A stretch of 26,787 bases of DNA. It comes from Candidatus Omnitrophota bacterium. Its GTDB lineage: Bacteria > Omnitrophota > Gorgyraeia > 2-01-FULL-45-10. The position numbers were made by a program, and so were the translations under genes. Location: positions 1 to 26,787 of the forward strand of contig JAPLMH010000155.1 of NCBI GenBank assembly GCA_026387135.1, written 5' to 3'. Shown here piece by piece: positions 1-9,043 of this stretch. The notes under the pieces were generated by a model. It did not search any database. It was not told the DNA's origin and saw nothing but the letters and a program-made list of their open reading frames with translations. The first letter of the stretch is position 1. Each line of letters begins with the position of its first letter.

Positions 1-441
1 AGCGATCATGGCGGCTACGAGCTGAAGAAGAAGCTCGTCGGGTATCTTAAGGAAGCGAAATATGACGTGGACGACCTTGGGACGCACTCCAAAGAGTCCT
101 GCGACTATCCGCTGATCGGGTTTGACGTAGCTAAGGCCATCGGGGACGGCCGGGCCGACAGCGGCGTGCTTATATGCAAGACGGGCGTAGGTATGGCGAT
201 AATAGCGAATAAAGTGCACGGGGTAAGGGCAGCGGCGTGTTATGACAAAGAGATGGCGAAGTCCGCAAGAGAGCATAATAACTGCAATGTCATAGTCTTT
301 GCCGCCAGCTACTCCGACTTCGAGCAGGCTCGAGGCATGCTGAAAGTTTGGCTTGCCACCGAACCGCTGGGCGATCGCCATGAGAGACGGGTTAAGCAGA
401 TAAAGGAGATAGAATCAAAATTGAAGGGAAATAATAGATGA
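1..441 (+). CDS. rpiB: Ribose-5-phosphate isomerase B (5'-partial; frame is open from base 1)
   Basis: Frame 1 reads [10 protein letters not shown]...SCDYP...[21 protein letters not shown]...AREHNNCNV...RHERRV, matching the RpiB motifs DH.G, DYP, C..G.G, ANK..G.RAA, R.HN..N and RH..R. rpiB-glyA adjacency is common. Confidence 0.95.
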   Translation, partial: SDHGGYELKKKLVGYLKEAKYDVDDLGTHSKESCDYPLIGFDVAKAIGDGRADSGVLICKTGVGMAIIANKVHGVRAAACYDKEMAKSAREHNNCNVIVFAASYSDFEQARGMLKVWLATEPLGDRHERRVKQIKEIESKLKGNNR

Positions 442-1541
442 GCATTTTAAAGAAGCAGGACCGCCAGATATATAACGCTATCCTGAGCGAAACGAAGCGT
501 GAGAACGATAATATAGAATTGATAGCCAGTGAGAATTTCGTGAGCGAGGCCGTCCTCGAGGCCCAGGGCTCCGTCCTTACCAATAAATACGCCGAAGGCT
601 ATCCCGACGCACGATGGTATAACGGTTGTGAGTTCGTGGACGACGTCGAAAGTCTGGCGATAGAGAGAGCAAAAAAACTATTCGGCGCAGAGCACGTGAA
701 TGTGCAGCCCCACTCGGGCACGCAGGCTAATATGGCGATCTACTTTTCAATGCTGAAGCCCGGAGATACCGTGATGGCGATGGATTTAGCCTGCGGCGGA
801 CATCTCTCGCACGGCCATCCGCATAATTTTTCAGGAAGATTCTATAAGATGGCCCCTTACGGTGTTAACCGCAAGACAGAAACGCTTGATTATGACGAGA
901 TCTCGGATCTCGCCAAAAAGAGCATGCCGAAGATGATACTCGTGGGAGCTTCAGCATATCCCAGGTCGATAGACTTCAAAAAATTCAGAGAGATAGCGGA
1001 TTCCGTCGGCGCTTTTATATTTGTGGATATAGCCCACATAGCGGGACTCGTGGCGGCGGGACTACATCAGAACCCCATGGAGTACGCGGAATTTGTGACG
1101 ACCACCACTCATAAGACATTAAGAGGCCCGAGGGGTGGCATGATAATGTGCAAGAAAGAGTTCGCCAAAAAAATAGACAGCCAGATATTCCCCGGGCTAC
1201 AGGGCGGGCCATTGATGCATGTCATAGCCGCGAAAGCCGTATGCTTTAAAGAGGCGCTCGAGCCGGGATTCAAAAGATATCAATCGCAGATACTTAAAAA
1301 TTCCAAAACGCTCTCATCTGAAATGGCAAAGCTAGGATACAGGATCGTAGCTGGCGGGACCGACACTCACCTATTCCTGGTAGATCTTACAAGCAAAAAT
1401 ATCACAGGAAAAGAGGCGGCCACCGTTTTGGACAAGACCGGCATAACGGTCAATAAGAACCTGATCCCATATGACAAGCAATCTCCTTCCCTCTTTATAA
1501 AGCGCTTATCAAGAGGATGGAAAAGTGATGAAGGACAATAG
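438..1541 (+). CDS. glyA: Serine hydroxymethyltransferase; C-terminus disrupted as given (native end probably TGA at 1526-1528 in another frame)
   Basis: [34 protein letters not shown] (PLP lysine) and FPGLQGGP motifs. After [12 protein letters not shown] the conserved SGIR.GTPA.T.RG segment is absent, and [13 protein letters not shown] appears in the frame starting at 1487. Confidence 0.95.
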   Translation: MSILKKQDRQIYNAILSETKRENDNIELIASENFVSEAVLEAQGSVLTNKYAEGYPDARWYNGCEFVDDVESLAIERAKKLFGAEHVNVQPHSGTQANMAIYFSMLKPGDTVMAMDLACGGHLSHGHPHNFSGRFYKMAPYGVNRKTETLDYDEISDLAKKSMPKMILVGASAYPRSIDFKKFREIADSVGAFIFVDIAHIAGLVAAGLHQNPMEYAEFVTTTTHKTLRGPRGGMIMCKKEFAKKIDSQIFPGLQGGPLMHVIAAKAVCFKEALEPGFKRYQSQILKNSKTLSSEMAKLGYRIVAGGTDTHLFLVDLTSKNITGKEAATVLDKTGITVNKNLIPYDKQSPSLFIKRLSRGWKSDEGQ

Positions 1542-1977
1542 GCCTACATGGGATGAATATTTTCTTGGCATAGCCGACCTCGTATCCAGGCGCTCTACCT
1601 GTTTAAGGCGCAGGGTGGGAGCGGTACTCGTCAAAGACAAGAGGATGCTGGCGACCGGATATAACGGCGCTCCCTCGAGGATCGCTCATTGCAGCGAGGC
1701 CGGATGCATACGCGAGAAACTTAAAGTTCCCTCGGGCGAGAGGCATGAGCTCTGTAGGGGCCTTCACGCCGAACAGAACGCTTTTCTACAGGCCGCGCTC
1801 CACGGCACGAGCCTAAAAGACGCGATACTCTATTCCACAACGCAGCCCTGCATAATCTGCGCCAAGATGGTCATAAATGCCGGTATCAAAGAGATCGTGA
1901 TAAAAGGCACCTATCCGGATAAGATGGCCCGCGAGATCCTGAAAGAAGCGAAGGTCAAAGTTCGCATAGTAAGATGA
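1528..1977 (+). CDS. comEB: dCMP deaminase (ComEB-like cytidine/deoxycytidylate deaminase)
   Basis: [30 protein letters not shown] and PCIIC Zn motifs. ATG 1528 overlaps the presumed glyA stop (TGATG). Confidence 0.9.
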   Translation: MKDNRPTWDEYFLGIADLVSRRSTCLRRRVGAVLVKDKRMLATGYNGAPSRIAHCSEAGCIREKLKVPSGERHELCRGLHAEQNAFLQAALHGTSLKDAILYSTTQPCIICAKMVINAGIKEIVIKGTYPDKMAREILKEAKVKVRIVR

Positions 1978-2120
1978 GGGTACTTATCGTAATAGTTATC
2001 TGCATGATGTTGGTGGGATGCGAAAGTATGGCTCTGAAAAAGGGCGGACTCTACGTGAACAAGGATACCTGCGTCGGCATGGATGATTTCGGCGTGGCGA
2101 AAGTAAATAATAAATTTTAA
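1974..2120 (+). CDS. Small predicted lipoprotein, 48 aa (not in ORF track)
   Basis: [52 protein letters not shown] overlap with the upstream stop and TAATG overlap with the nrdR start; basic N-terminus, hydrophobic core and LVGC lipobox. Confidence 0.8.
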   Translation: MRVLIVIVICMMLVGCESMALKKGGLYVNKDTCVGMDDFGVAKVNNKF

Positions 2121-2569
2121 TGAGATGCCCATACTGCGGCAATAAGAAAGATAGCGTCATAGACTCCCGTATGTCCCGCAATGCCTCGAACGTCCGCCGG
2201 AGACGCGAGTGCCTCAAGTGCAAGCGTCGCTTCACCACCTACGAATATGTCGAGCGCATCCCCCTCATGGTAAGAAAGAAGGACGGCAGGCGAGAGGCCT
2301 TCGACCGCGAGAAATTGATGAACGGCATCCTCGTAGCGTGTGAGAAGAGGCCGGTCAGCATGAAGCGCGCCGAGAAGCTGGTAGACGAAATAGAGAGACA
2401 GCTGGAGAAGAAGCACGAGAAGGAAGTTGCTTCGAAAGATATAGGTGAGCTCGTCATGAAGGGACTGCACTCCATAGATGAGATAGCTTACGTGAGGTTC
2501 GCTTCGGTCTACAGGCAGTTCAGGGACGTAGGACAATTCATGAAGGAACTGAAGACTTTCCTGAGATGA
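2120..2569 (+). CDS. nrdR: Transcriptional repressor NrdR
   Basis: MRCPYC...DSR...[17 protein letters not shown] Zn ribbon, ATP-cone (RREAFDREK) and [15 protein letters not shown]. Confidence 0.97.
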   Translation: MRCPYCGNKKDSVIDSRMSRNASNVRRRRECLKCKRRFTTYEYVERIPLMVRKKDGRREAFDREKLMNGILVACEKRPVSMKRAEKLVDEIERQLEKKHEKEVASKDIGELVMKGLHSIDEIAYVRFASVYRQFRDVGQFMKELKTFLR

Positions 2570-3357
2570 AAGAAGCCCTGTATTACGAAAAGTCCGGCTC
2601 CAAAAAAGTCCGTTGCCGTCTCTGTCCTTATGAATGTACGATACCTCCCGGTGGCAAAGGCGCCTGCGGCATACGGCAGAACGTGGACGGAATCCTCTAC
2701 AGCCTGATATACGGCAAGACCACCGGCATTTCGCTTGACCCCATAGAAAAGAAACCCCTGTATCATTATCATCCCGGAGAAGAGATACTATCCCTAGGGA
2801 CGCGCGGCTGTAATCTTCATTGTGATTTCTGCCAGAACTGGCATGTATCGCAAGTTGTGGACGCCCCCATGGAGAACATTACATCCGAAGAGGTGGTTAA
2901 AAAAGCAAAGGAACTGGGATCGTTCGGGATAGCCTACACATATAACGAAAAGAATGTGCTGGTTACTAACGGTTTTGTAAACAAGGCTCCGCTGGAAGAG
3001 ATGCTTCCGTATATAGATGCCATGAATATAGATCTTAAAGCTTTCGACGAAGATTTTTATGTCAAGGTATGTAAGGGGAGATTGAAGCCGGTGCTGGATA
3101 CTATAAAGATATCGGCCAAGGCGTGCCACATAGAACTGACCAATCTTATCATACCGACATTGAACGATTCGGAAGGATCCGTAAGGAAGATGGTTGATTG
3201 GATATACGATAATCTTGGGCCGGAAGTCCCGCTGCATCTATCCAGGTACTTTCCGTGCTACAAAATGAATTTGCCACCCACGCCGATAGAGACATTAAAA
3301 AGAGCCGAAAAAATAGCCAAAGAGAAGCTGAAGTACGTCTACATCGGTAACACATAA
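2566..3357 (+). CDS. amrS: AmmeMemoRadiSam-system radical SAM enzyme (PflA-like); apparent in-frame internal deletion
   Basis: N-terminal CRLCPYEC...[31 protein letters not shown] (CxxxCxxC), NIDLKAF, HLSRYFP and YVYIGN. YTYNE runs directly into KNVLVTNG. Confidence 0.88.
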   Translation: MKEALYYEKSGSKKVRCRLCPYECTIPPGGKGACGIRQNVDGILYSLIYGKTTGISLDPIEKKPLYHYHPGEEILSLGTRGCNLHCDFCQNWHVSQVVDAPMENITSEEVVKKAKELGSFGIAYTYNEKNVLVTNGFVNKAPLEEMLPYIDAMNIDLKAFDEDFYVKVCKGRLKPVLDTIKISAKACHIELTNLIIPTLNDSEGSVRKMVDWIYDNLGPEVPLHLSRYFPCYKMNLPPTPIETLKRAEKIAKEKLKYVYIGNT

Positions 3358-3424
3358 AATAGGGACAGCGCCCTATTTTTTCATACGCCAACTTGAACAA
3401 AAATAGGGCGCTGTCCCTAATTTT
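3356..3424. repeat. REP-like inverted doublet filling the gap between convergent genes; probable bidirectional terminator
   Basis: 3360-3380 TAGGGACAGCGCCCTATTTTT is the exact reverse complement of 3399-3419 (21 bp, 18-nt spacer). Each arm is itself a hairpin (AAAATAGGG-ACAGCG-CCCTATTTT) ending in a T tract. Confidence 0.85.
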
Positions 3425-4619
3425 GGTAATGCTTCTCTGCCTCTTCCAGCTTTATCGCTAATTTCGCCTTATCTTCCAACCCTTTAAGCCACTTCTCCAT
3501 GATCTGGTTCGATCTGGCCTCGCGGACCTTCTTCGAATACTCTTCCTTCTCCTTCGCGAACGTCTCTTCGTCCGCAGCCTTTCTACCGGCCACTTCGAAT
3601 ATTATATAGCCCTTGTTGATCTCCAGGGGCTTGGATAGTTCGAGATCTTTCAGACCGTATGACGCCTCCACTATCATGGGTGTATCGCCTACGGCTTCGA
3701 CGGTATCTTTTCTTGAGAAGAAGTCCGTATCTTTGATATTGAGGCCCAGTTTCGAAGCCGCTGCTGCGAATGTCTCGCCTTTATTTACGGTCCTTTCAAC
3801 AAGCTCTTTGTGGGTCTCGCTCAACTTATCTTTGAGCATCTTCCTCGCCTCAATCTCTTTAAGTAATTTTTCTATATCGGCCTTTGACTCTTCAAATGTC
3901 GCCGGCCGGTCCGGGATCGCGCCTTTCAGATTGGACTTCACCATAAGCTCATTCTTGTTCTTGTCGTAAAAATCTTTTGCGGCATTCTCGCCTATGCTGA
4001 TCTTTTCGAGGTAATCTTTCGGCTCGAAGAGGATATATGAGATCTTGATCTTCCCGAACTCTTTTTTGTACTCATCCAGGATGTCAGCGTCCGACAATTT
4101 GATATCTTTGCTGAAAGAGACGGACAATCTCTGCAGGGCCAGGTTCTCCCTTACTATCTCCTCAAAAGCCCTGGGCTCGAGACCTATATTATTCTTTAGC
4201 ATGTACGCGTAGAATCTATCGTCAAATACTCCGTTCCTTATGAAGAGAGGGTGGCTCCTCAGAGCCTCGACGACCTCTTTGTCGGATACCCTTATGCCGG
4301 CCTTCTTGACCTCCTCCATCATAAGTATCCTGTCCCACGCGAGTTTCGCCAGGATTGGTTTATTGGAGAGAAGCGCGTCGAGCACCTTGGGCTGGTTAAA
4401 GTAGTTCAATATTATCTGGCTCCTTACGCCCGAGAGGGCGTTGGAGAGTTCGTCGAACGAAACTTTTCTGTTGTGTACAAAACCGACGTATCCCGGGCCC
4501 TTATCTTTGGAGCGCGACGAACTGGCGCCGCCCCACAGCACAAAAGCGGGCACTATGATTATGACGAGCCCCCACAATATGATCTTCATCACTATCTTTT
4601 TTCTGAATAATTTAAGCAT
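3417..4619 (-). CDS. SurA N-terminal-domain / PpiD-like membrane-anchored periplasmic chaperone
   Basis: Basic N-terminus plus TM helix (IILWGLVIIIVPAFVLWG), SurA_N-like segment (ILMMEEVKKAGIRVSDKEV...F..NGVFD..Y), parvulin-like remnants (SKPLEINKGYIIFEV). AGGAGA RBS upstream. Confidence 0.8.
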   Translation of the reverse strand: MLKLFRKKIVMKIILWGLVIIIVPAFVLWGGASSSRSKDKGPGYVGFVHNRKVSFDELSNALSGVRSQIILNYFNQPKVLDALLSNKPILAKLAWDRILMMEEVKKAGIRVSDKEVVEALRSHPLFIRNGVFDDRFYAYMLKNNIGLEPRAFEEIVRENLALQRLSVSFSKDIKLSDADILDEYKKEFGKIKISYILFEPKDYLEKISIGENAAKDFYDKNKNELMVKSNLKGAIPDRPATFEESKADIEKLLKEIEARKMLKDKLSETHKELVERTVNKGETFAAAASKLGLNIKDTDFFSRKDTVEAVGDTPMIVEASYGLKDLELSKPLEINKGYIIFEVAGRKAADEETFAKEKEEYSKKVREARSNQIMEKWLKGLEDKAKLAIKLEEAEKHYQN

Positions 4620-4644
4620 TTCATCTCCTATGGTTTTCGCTATG

Positions 4645-4673
4645 ATTATATTTTATATCCCGCATTTACTCAA
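4645..4673 (-). promoter_or_regulatory. Sigma70-type promoter for the SurA/PpiD-like gene
   Basis: Minus strand reads TTGAGT-N17-TATAAT (-35 at 4673-4668, -10 at 4650-4645), just upstream of the RBS at 4629-4624. Confidence 0.75.
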
Positions 4674-4703
4674 GCAATAAGTTTCGAAAGGAATTTTCAG
4701 CGG

Positions 4704-4733
4704 TTGACAAGGGCTTGGTTGGTGTGTTAAATT
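4704..4733 (+). promoter_or_regulatory. Sigma70-type promoter for the lsrF-like operon
   Basis: TTGACA at 4704-4709, then TG-T-TAAATT (extended -10, 4725-4733; 18-nt spacer) or TTAAAT (17-nt spacer). Confidence 0.7.
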
Positions 4734-4782
4734 TAAACAGTAATGAAGATGTGATATGAATGGTAAAAACGGAGGTGTTCAG

Positions 4783-5580
4783 ATGGATTGGGGAATGGAG
4801 AATCGCTTAAACCAGCTTATGCCCAAAGGTAAATGTTTTTTTATGCCCATAGATCACGGGTATTTTCAGGGCCCGACGACCGGACTTGAGAAGCCGGCGG
4901 ATACCGTGGCTCCCTTAATGAAGTATGTAGATGCAATATTCTGCACGAGGGGAGTATTGCGTTCCGCGATCCCATCCGGTAACACCAAGCCTGTTATACT
5001 AAGGGTTTCCGGATGCACGAGCATGGCGGGAAAAGACCTTGCCAATGAAGAGCTGACGACCTCCATCGATGAGATAATCCGTCTCAACGCCCAGGCGGTT
5101 GGCGTATCGGTTTTTGTGGGCAGCGACTACGAGAAAGAGACTCTCTCAAACCTCTCGACTCTCGTCAACGAATGCGAGCCCTTCGGTATACCTGTGATGG
5201 CGGTTACAGCTGTGGGCAAAGAGATCGAAAAACGCACATCACGCTATCTTGCCTTAAGTTGCCGCATTGCCGCTGAGCTCGGCGCAAGGGTCGTCAAGAC
5301 ATACTGGTGCGAAAAGGATTTCGATAAGGTGGTTAACGGTTGTCCTGTGCCGGTGATCATTGCCGGCGGGCCGAAATGCGATACCGAACTCGAGGTGCTG
5401 AAGTTTGTGCATGACGGCATGCAGAATGGCGCCGTGGGGATCAATCTGGGGCGCAACGTCTGGCAAAGCCCGCATCCTGTAGCAATGGCAAGAGCCCTCA
5501 GGGCGGTCATACACGAAAACGCGTCGGTGAAAAAAGCAAAAGAGCTCTTCGATGAGGAAAAGGGGAATGCTCGCCGCTAA
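4783..5580 (+). CDS. lsrF: LsrF-like class I (DhnA-family) aldolase/thiolase
   Basis: MDWGMENRL, DHGYFQGPTTGLE, TRGVLR, AAELGARVVKTY (Schiff-base Lys), AGGPK and GRNVWQ are typical of LsrF. GGAGGT RBS at 4771-4776 favours ATG 4783. Confidence 0.85.
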   Translation: MDWGMENRLNQLMPKGKCFFMPIDHGYFQGPTTGLEKPADTVAPLMKYVDAIFCTRGVLRSAIPSGNTKPVILRVSGCTSMAGKDLANEELTTSIDEIIRLNAQAVGVSVFVGSDYEKETLSNLSTLVNECEPFGIPVMAVTAVGKEIEKRTSRYLALSCRIAAELGARVVKTYWCEKDFDKVVNGCPVPVIIAGGPKCDTELEVLKFVHDGMQNGAVGINLGRNVWQSPHPVAMARALRAVIHENASVKKAKELFDEEKGNARR

Positions 5581-6544
5581 ATACTACAGCAACACCGATA
5601 TCCGCCTGGAGGACATCCCCAAACCAAAAATAATGGACGGCGAGATACTCGTTAAGGTGGCCGCCAGCGGGATCTGCGGCACGGACGTCATGGAGTGGTA
5701 CCGCATCAAAAAAGCGCCGCGCGTTCTTGGCCACGAGATCGCCGGCACCATCGTCGAGTCGAGATCGAAGAAATATACCGCGGGCGAGAGGGTCTTCGTA
5801 AGCCATCACGTCGCCTGTAATACGTGCAAATATTGCCTGGCGGGGGATCATACCGCCTGTGAAACGCTGCACGCGGGCAACTACGATCCCGGCGGCTACA
5901 GCGAATTTATAAGAGTGCCGGAAATAAATGTCGACAGGGGCGTATACCTCCTGCCGGAGCATCTCTCTTTTGCCGAAGCGACAATGATCGAGCCTCTGGC
6001 ATGCGCGCTCAGGGGCCAGAGAGTTATAGGTGTCAAAAAGGGCGCTATCGTCATGGTGCTCGGCTGCGGAGTATCGGGTTTATTGAATATACTGGTAGCC
6101 CGGCTGAAGGGCGCGAAAGTGATCGCGACGGACATAGATGCGTACCGGCTCGGCAAGGCCAAGGACTGTGGCGCCGACGAGGTTTTGCGCGCCGAAAAGG
6201 CAGGAGATGTAAAGGCCGATAAAATCATTGTCTGCACCGCGGCGCTGCCGGCGATAGACCAGGCCTTTCGGTCTGTTGGCCGTAAGGGAACGATCCTGCT
6301 ATTCGCGATCCCCGATAAAAACATAGAGATCCCTACGCTGGAGATGTGGAGAAACGAAATAACGCTCACTTCTTCTTACGGCGCGGCCGGCAACGACCTG
6401 GCCGAGGCCCTGGAGCTTATCTCAAGCGGCAGATTGGATATGAAACCATTGATAACTCACAGGCTCCCGCTACTGAAGATACAGGAAGGCTTCAGGCTTG
6501 TCAGCGAGGCGAAAGAGTCGCTCAAGGTTATCCTGGAGCCCTGA
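5567..6544 (+). CDS. Zn-dependent medium-chain (polyol/threonine-type) dehydrogenase
   Basis: GICGTD, GHE (catalytic Zn), CNTCKYC...C (structural Zn), EPLAC, GCGVSG Rossmann motif and LITHRLPL. Start at 5567 preferred over 5552. Confidence 0.9.
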   Translation: MLAAKYYSNTDIRLEDIPKPKIMDGEILVKVAASGICGTDVMEWYRIKKAPRVLGHEIAGTIVESRSKKYTAGERVFVSHHVACNTCKYCLAGDHTACETLHAGNYDPGGYSEFIRVPEINVDRGVYLLPEHLSFAEATMIEPLACALRGQRVIGVKKGAIVMVLGCGVSGLLNILVARLKGAKVIATDIDAYRLGKAKDCGADEVLRAEKAGDVKADKIIVCTAALPAIDQAFRSVGRKGTILLFAIPDKNIEIPTLEMWRNEITLTSSYGAAGNDLAEALELISSGRLDMKPLITHRLPLLKIQEGFRLVSEAKESLKVILEP

Positions 6545-6558
6545 GCCTGTCGAACCAT
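6539..6558. repeat. Possible half-copy of a dispersed REP-like repeat (CCCTGAGCCTGTCGAACCAT)
   Basis: Resembles the widespread GAGC(C/T)TGTCGAA short repeat family (recalled, not searched). Single copy in the window; it contains the dehydrogenase stop codon. Confidence 0.35.
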
Positions 6559-6587
6559 TGACTTTACGTATTATAGTATGATAATAT
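6558..6587 (+). promoter_or_regulatory. Sigma70-type promoter upstream of hisG
   Basis: TTGACT at 6558-6563, 18-nt spacer, TG-A-TAATAT extended -10 (6579-6587) in an AT-rich gap. Confidence 0.6.
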
Positions 6588-6613
6588 AATCACGGATAAC
6601 AAAGGAAAATAAT

Positions 6614-7498
6614 ATGGCAGATACTATGAAAAAAATAAAATTAGGGCTTCCCAAGGGCAGCCTCCAGGAAGCTACGGTCAGGATGTTCAAAAAGGCCGGA
6701 TTCGCTATAGGCATAAGCGAGAGGTCTTATTTTCCGTCGGTGGACGATGACGAGATAGAGGCTATACTCTTCAGGGCCCAGGAGATGTCCAGGTATGTTG
6801 AAGACGGCATCCTCGATGTCGGCATCACAGGTAACGACTGGATATTAGAGAACTCTTCGAACGTTGTAAGGGTGGCGGAACTTATATACGCGAAGCAGAG
6901 CATGAGGCCCGTCAGATGGGTCCTCGCGGTGCCTGAAGGGTCAAAGGTCAAGAGCGTAAAGGACCTGCGCGGCAAGAGGATAGCCACCGAGCTTGTAAAC
7001 GTGACAAAGAATTATCTTAAGAAGAACAAGGTCAAAGCAGACGTGGAGTTCAGCTGGGGCGCCACGGAGGTCAAGGCCATTATAGGTATAGACGCGATAG
7101 TGGAGGTTACCGAGACCGGTTCTTCGCTCAGGGCGAACAAGCTCAGAGAAGTGGCGACCGTCTGTGAATCTACAACACAGCTCATAGCAAATAGAAAGAG
7201 CTGGATGAACCCGTGGAAGAGGGCGAAGATAGAGAACATGGCCATGCTTTTAAAGGGGGCCATTATGGCAGAGGAGAAAGTGGGCCTGAAGATGAACGTC
7301 GCCAAGAAGGACCTGAAAGCCGTACTTGCGCTCCTCCCGGCGATGAAGATGCCTACCGTGTCGACGCTTTCGGATCCGAACTGGTGCGACGTGGATACGA
7401 TCATCGATGAAAAGATAGCTAAAAGAATAATCCCGGAACTTAAGAGAGCGGGCGCTCAAGGCATCATAGAGTACCCTTTGAATAAAGTCATCTATTAG
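6614..7498 (+). CDS. hisG: ATP phosphoribosyltransferase, long form
   Basis: [43 protein letters not shown] and a C-terminal regulatory domain ([12 protein letters not shown]). Confidence 0.96.
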   Translation: MADTMKKIKLGLPKGSLQEATVRMFKKAGFAIGISERSYFPSVDDDEIEAILFRAQEMSRYVEDGILDVGITGNDWILENSSNVVRVAELIYAKQSMRPVRWVLAVPEGSKVKSVKDLRGKRIATELVNVTKNYLKKNKVKADVEFSWGATEVKAIIGIDAIVEVTETGSSLRANKLREVATVCESTTQLIANRKSWMNPWKRAKIENMAMLLKGAIMAEEKVGLKMNVAKKDLKAVLALLPAMKMPTVSTLSDPNWCDVDTIIDEKIAKRIIPELKRAGAQGIIEYPLNKVIY

Positions 7499-7518
7499 AT
7501 ACTAGGAGGTGATCTGAC

Positions 7519-7608
7519 ATGCCGTGCGGAAGGAAGAGAAAAAGAGCGAAGATGGCGAAGCACAAGAGAAAAAAGAGGATGAGAAGAGATCGCCATAAGA
7601 AGAAATAG
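7519..7608 (+). CDS. 29-aa basic protein, bS22 / AURKAIP1-COX24 (mS38-like) family candidate (not in ORF track)
   Basis: MPCGRKRKRAKMAKHKRKKRMRRDRHKKK*, with a strong RBS (AGGAGGTGA at 7504-7512). Matches the recalled pattern MP[SC]G[KR]KRKR.K...HKRKKR.R..RHKKK. Confidence 0.8.
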   Translation: MPCGRKRKRAKMAKHKRKKRMRRDRHKKK

Positions 7609-9039
7609 CAGCACAATAGCAGTTATCATAATTGCCGCATCATGTTTTTTAAGCAGTTCCGAAGCGGCACGCGATGTATCGTCAAAAGGAAGAGTGTCGT
7701 CCGGGGACTTCAGATACGAGAAGAAGAGAAGTTCTCCGGACGCACCATCCAAAGCGCTTGCCCATTACACGATGGGCATTATTTATGATAACGAGGGCAG
7801 GTCAGGCGAAGCCATGCGGGAATATAAGGCGGCGCTGGCCCTTGAGCCGAAGGTGAGCTACCTTCACTCCAGGCTCGGAGTGGACTTTTTTTTAGCTAAG
7901 GATATAGATAAGGCGGTCGAAGAGTTCAATATCGCCAATCCCTCGATCCCAACGACACAAAGCCGAGATTTTTGCTTGCGCTCGCGTACACGGCGCTGAA
8001 TTCTCTCGACCTCGCTCAAAAAGAGTACGAAGATGTGGTCCGGATCAATCCGAACGACATAACGGCATTAGGTTCTTTAGCGGATCTCCTGGTCGTGCAG
8101 GAGAAGATGACGGATGCCGTCGGGATATACGAGAAGCTGATAGAGAAAGAGAAGGGCTCGAGCTTATTATATTTCAACCTCGGCGTCATCTACTCGAGGC
8201 TCGGCAAACTGGACCAGGCCATCGCCACGCTGAAAAAAGCGACAGAGCTGGATCCGGGATATCTCGAGGCATATATAGGCCTCGGAGTGCTCTTGGAGAC
8301 GAAGAAGGATATCCACGGGGCCATCTCTAATTTTGAAAAAGCGGTAAGTATAGACCCTCTCAATATAAAGGTATATTATTCTTTGGGCAACCTGTACTAC
8401 CGCGCCAAAAGATACGATGACGCGGCGCGTCAATACGAACTTTTAATAAAACTGGACCCCAAGGACCTCGAAGCTTATATGCAATGGTCCGGGGCGTATA
8501 TAAAAGATAAGAAGCACAAAGAAGCAATAGCGGTTTTGGATAGGGCTCTTTCAGAAGGTATCAAAGATACGTCCCTGTATCTCGCGCTCGGGTACGCTTA
8601 CAGCGAGGATCTTCGCGAAGCGGATGCTCTGAAATATTACAGGATGGCTCTTGATATGAGCCCTGACAGCGCATTAGTTCGCTTTCATATGGGCGCATAT
8701 TATGATAAGATAAGAGAACGCCCTCTTGCGGAGAGCGAGCTTCGCGCAGCGATAAGGCTCGATCCGAAATTTTCGGACGCGTATAATTATCTCGGATACA
8801 TGTACGCCGAAGAGGGGTCGAACCTGGACGAAGCGGTCACGCTCGTAAAGAAGGCAATTGAGCTGGAGCCGGATAACGGCGCGTACATAGATTCGCTCGG
8901 CTGGGCGTATTTTCAAGGCGGTAAGTTTAGCGAAGCGTTTATAGAATTGGAGAAGGCGGTAAAGCTCGAGCCGGATGACGCTACTATAAAAGAGCATTTG
9001 AAACGCGCGAAAGAGAAGCTAAAGAAGAAGAGTAAATAG
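7595..9039 (+). pseudogene. Secreted multi-TPR protein, split by a 1-nt frameshift as given (track ORFs 7694-7999 and 7972-9039); start codon uncertain
   Basis: Repeated TPR units (AHYTMGIIY..EG...EA..EY..AL.L.P; YFNLG.IY...G..D.A...L.KA.ELDP; YNYLGYMYA; YIDSLGWAYF). One extra A at 7937-7938 joins EFNIA-K-SLDPNDTKPRFLLALAY. A signal-peptide-like stretch lies in frame from 7595. Confidence 0.8.
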
Positions 9040-9043
9040 ACTA

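Noticed and set aside
4682-4689. TTTCGAAA palindrome between the divergent promoters as an operator or NrdR box
   Set aside because: An 8-bp palindrome is expected by chance and does not match the NrdR consensus; no second copy at other promoters.
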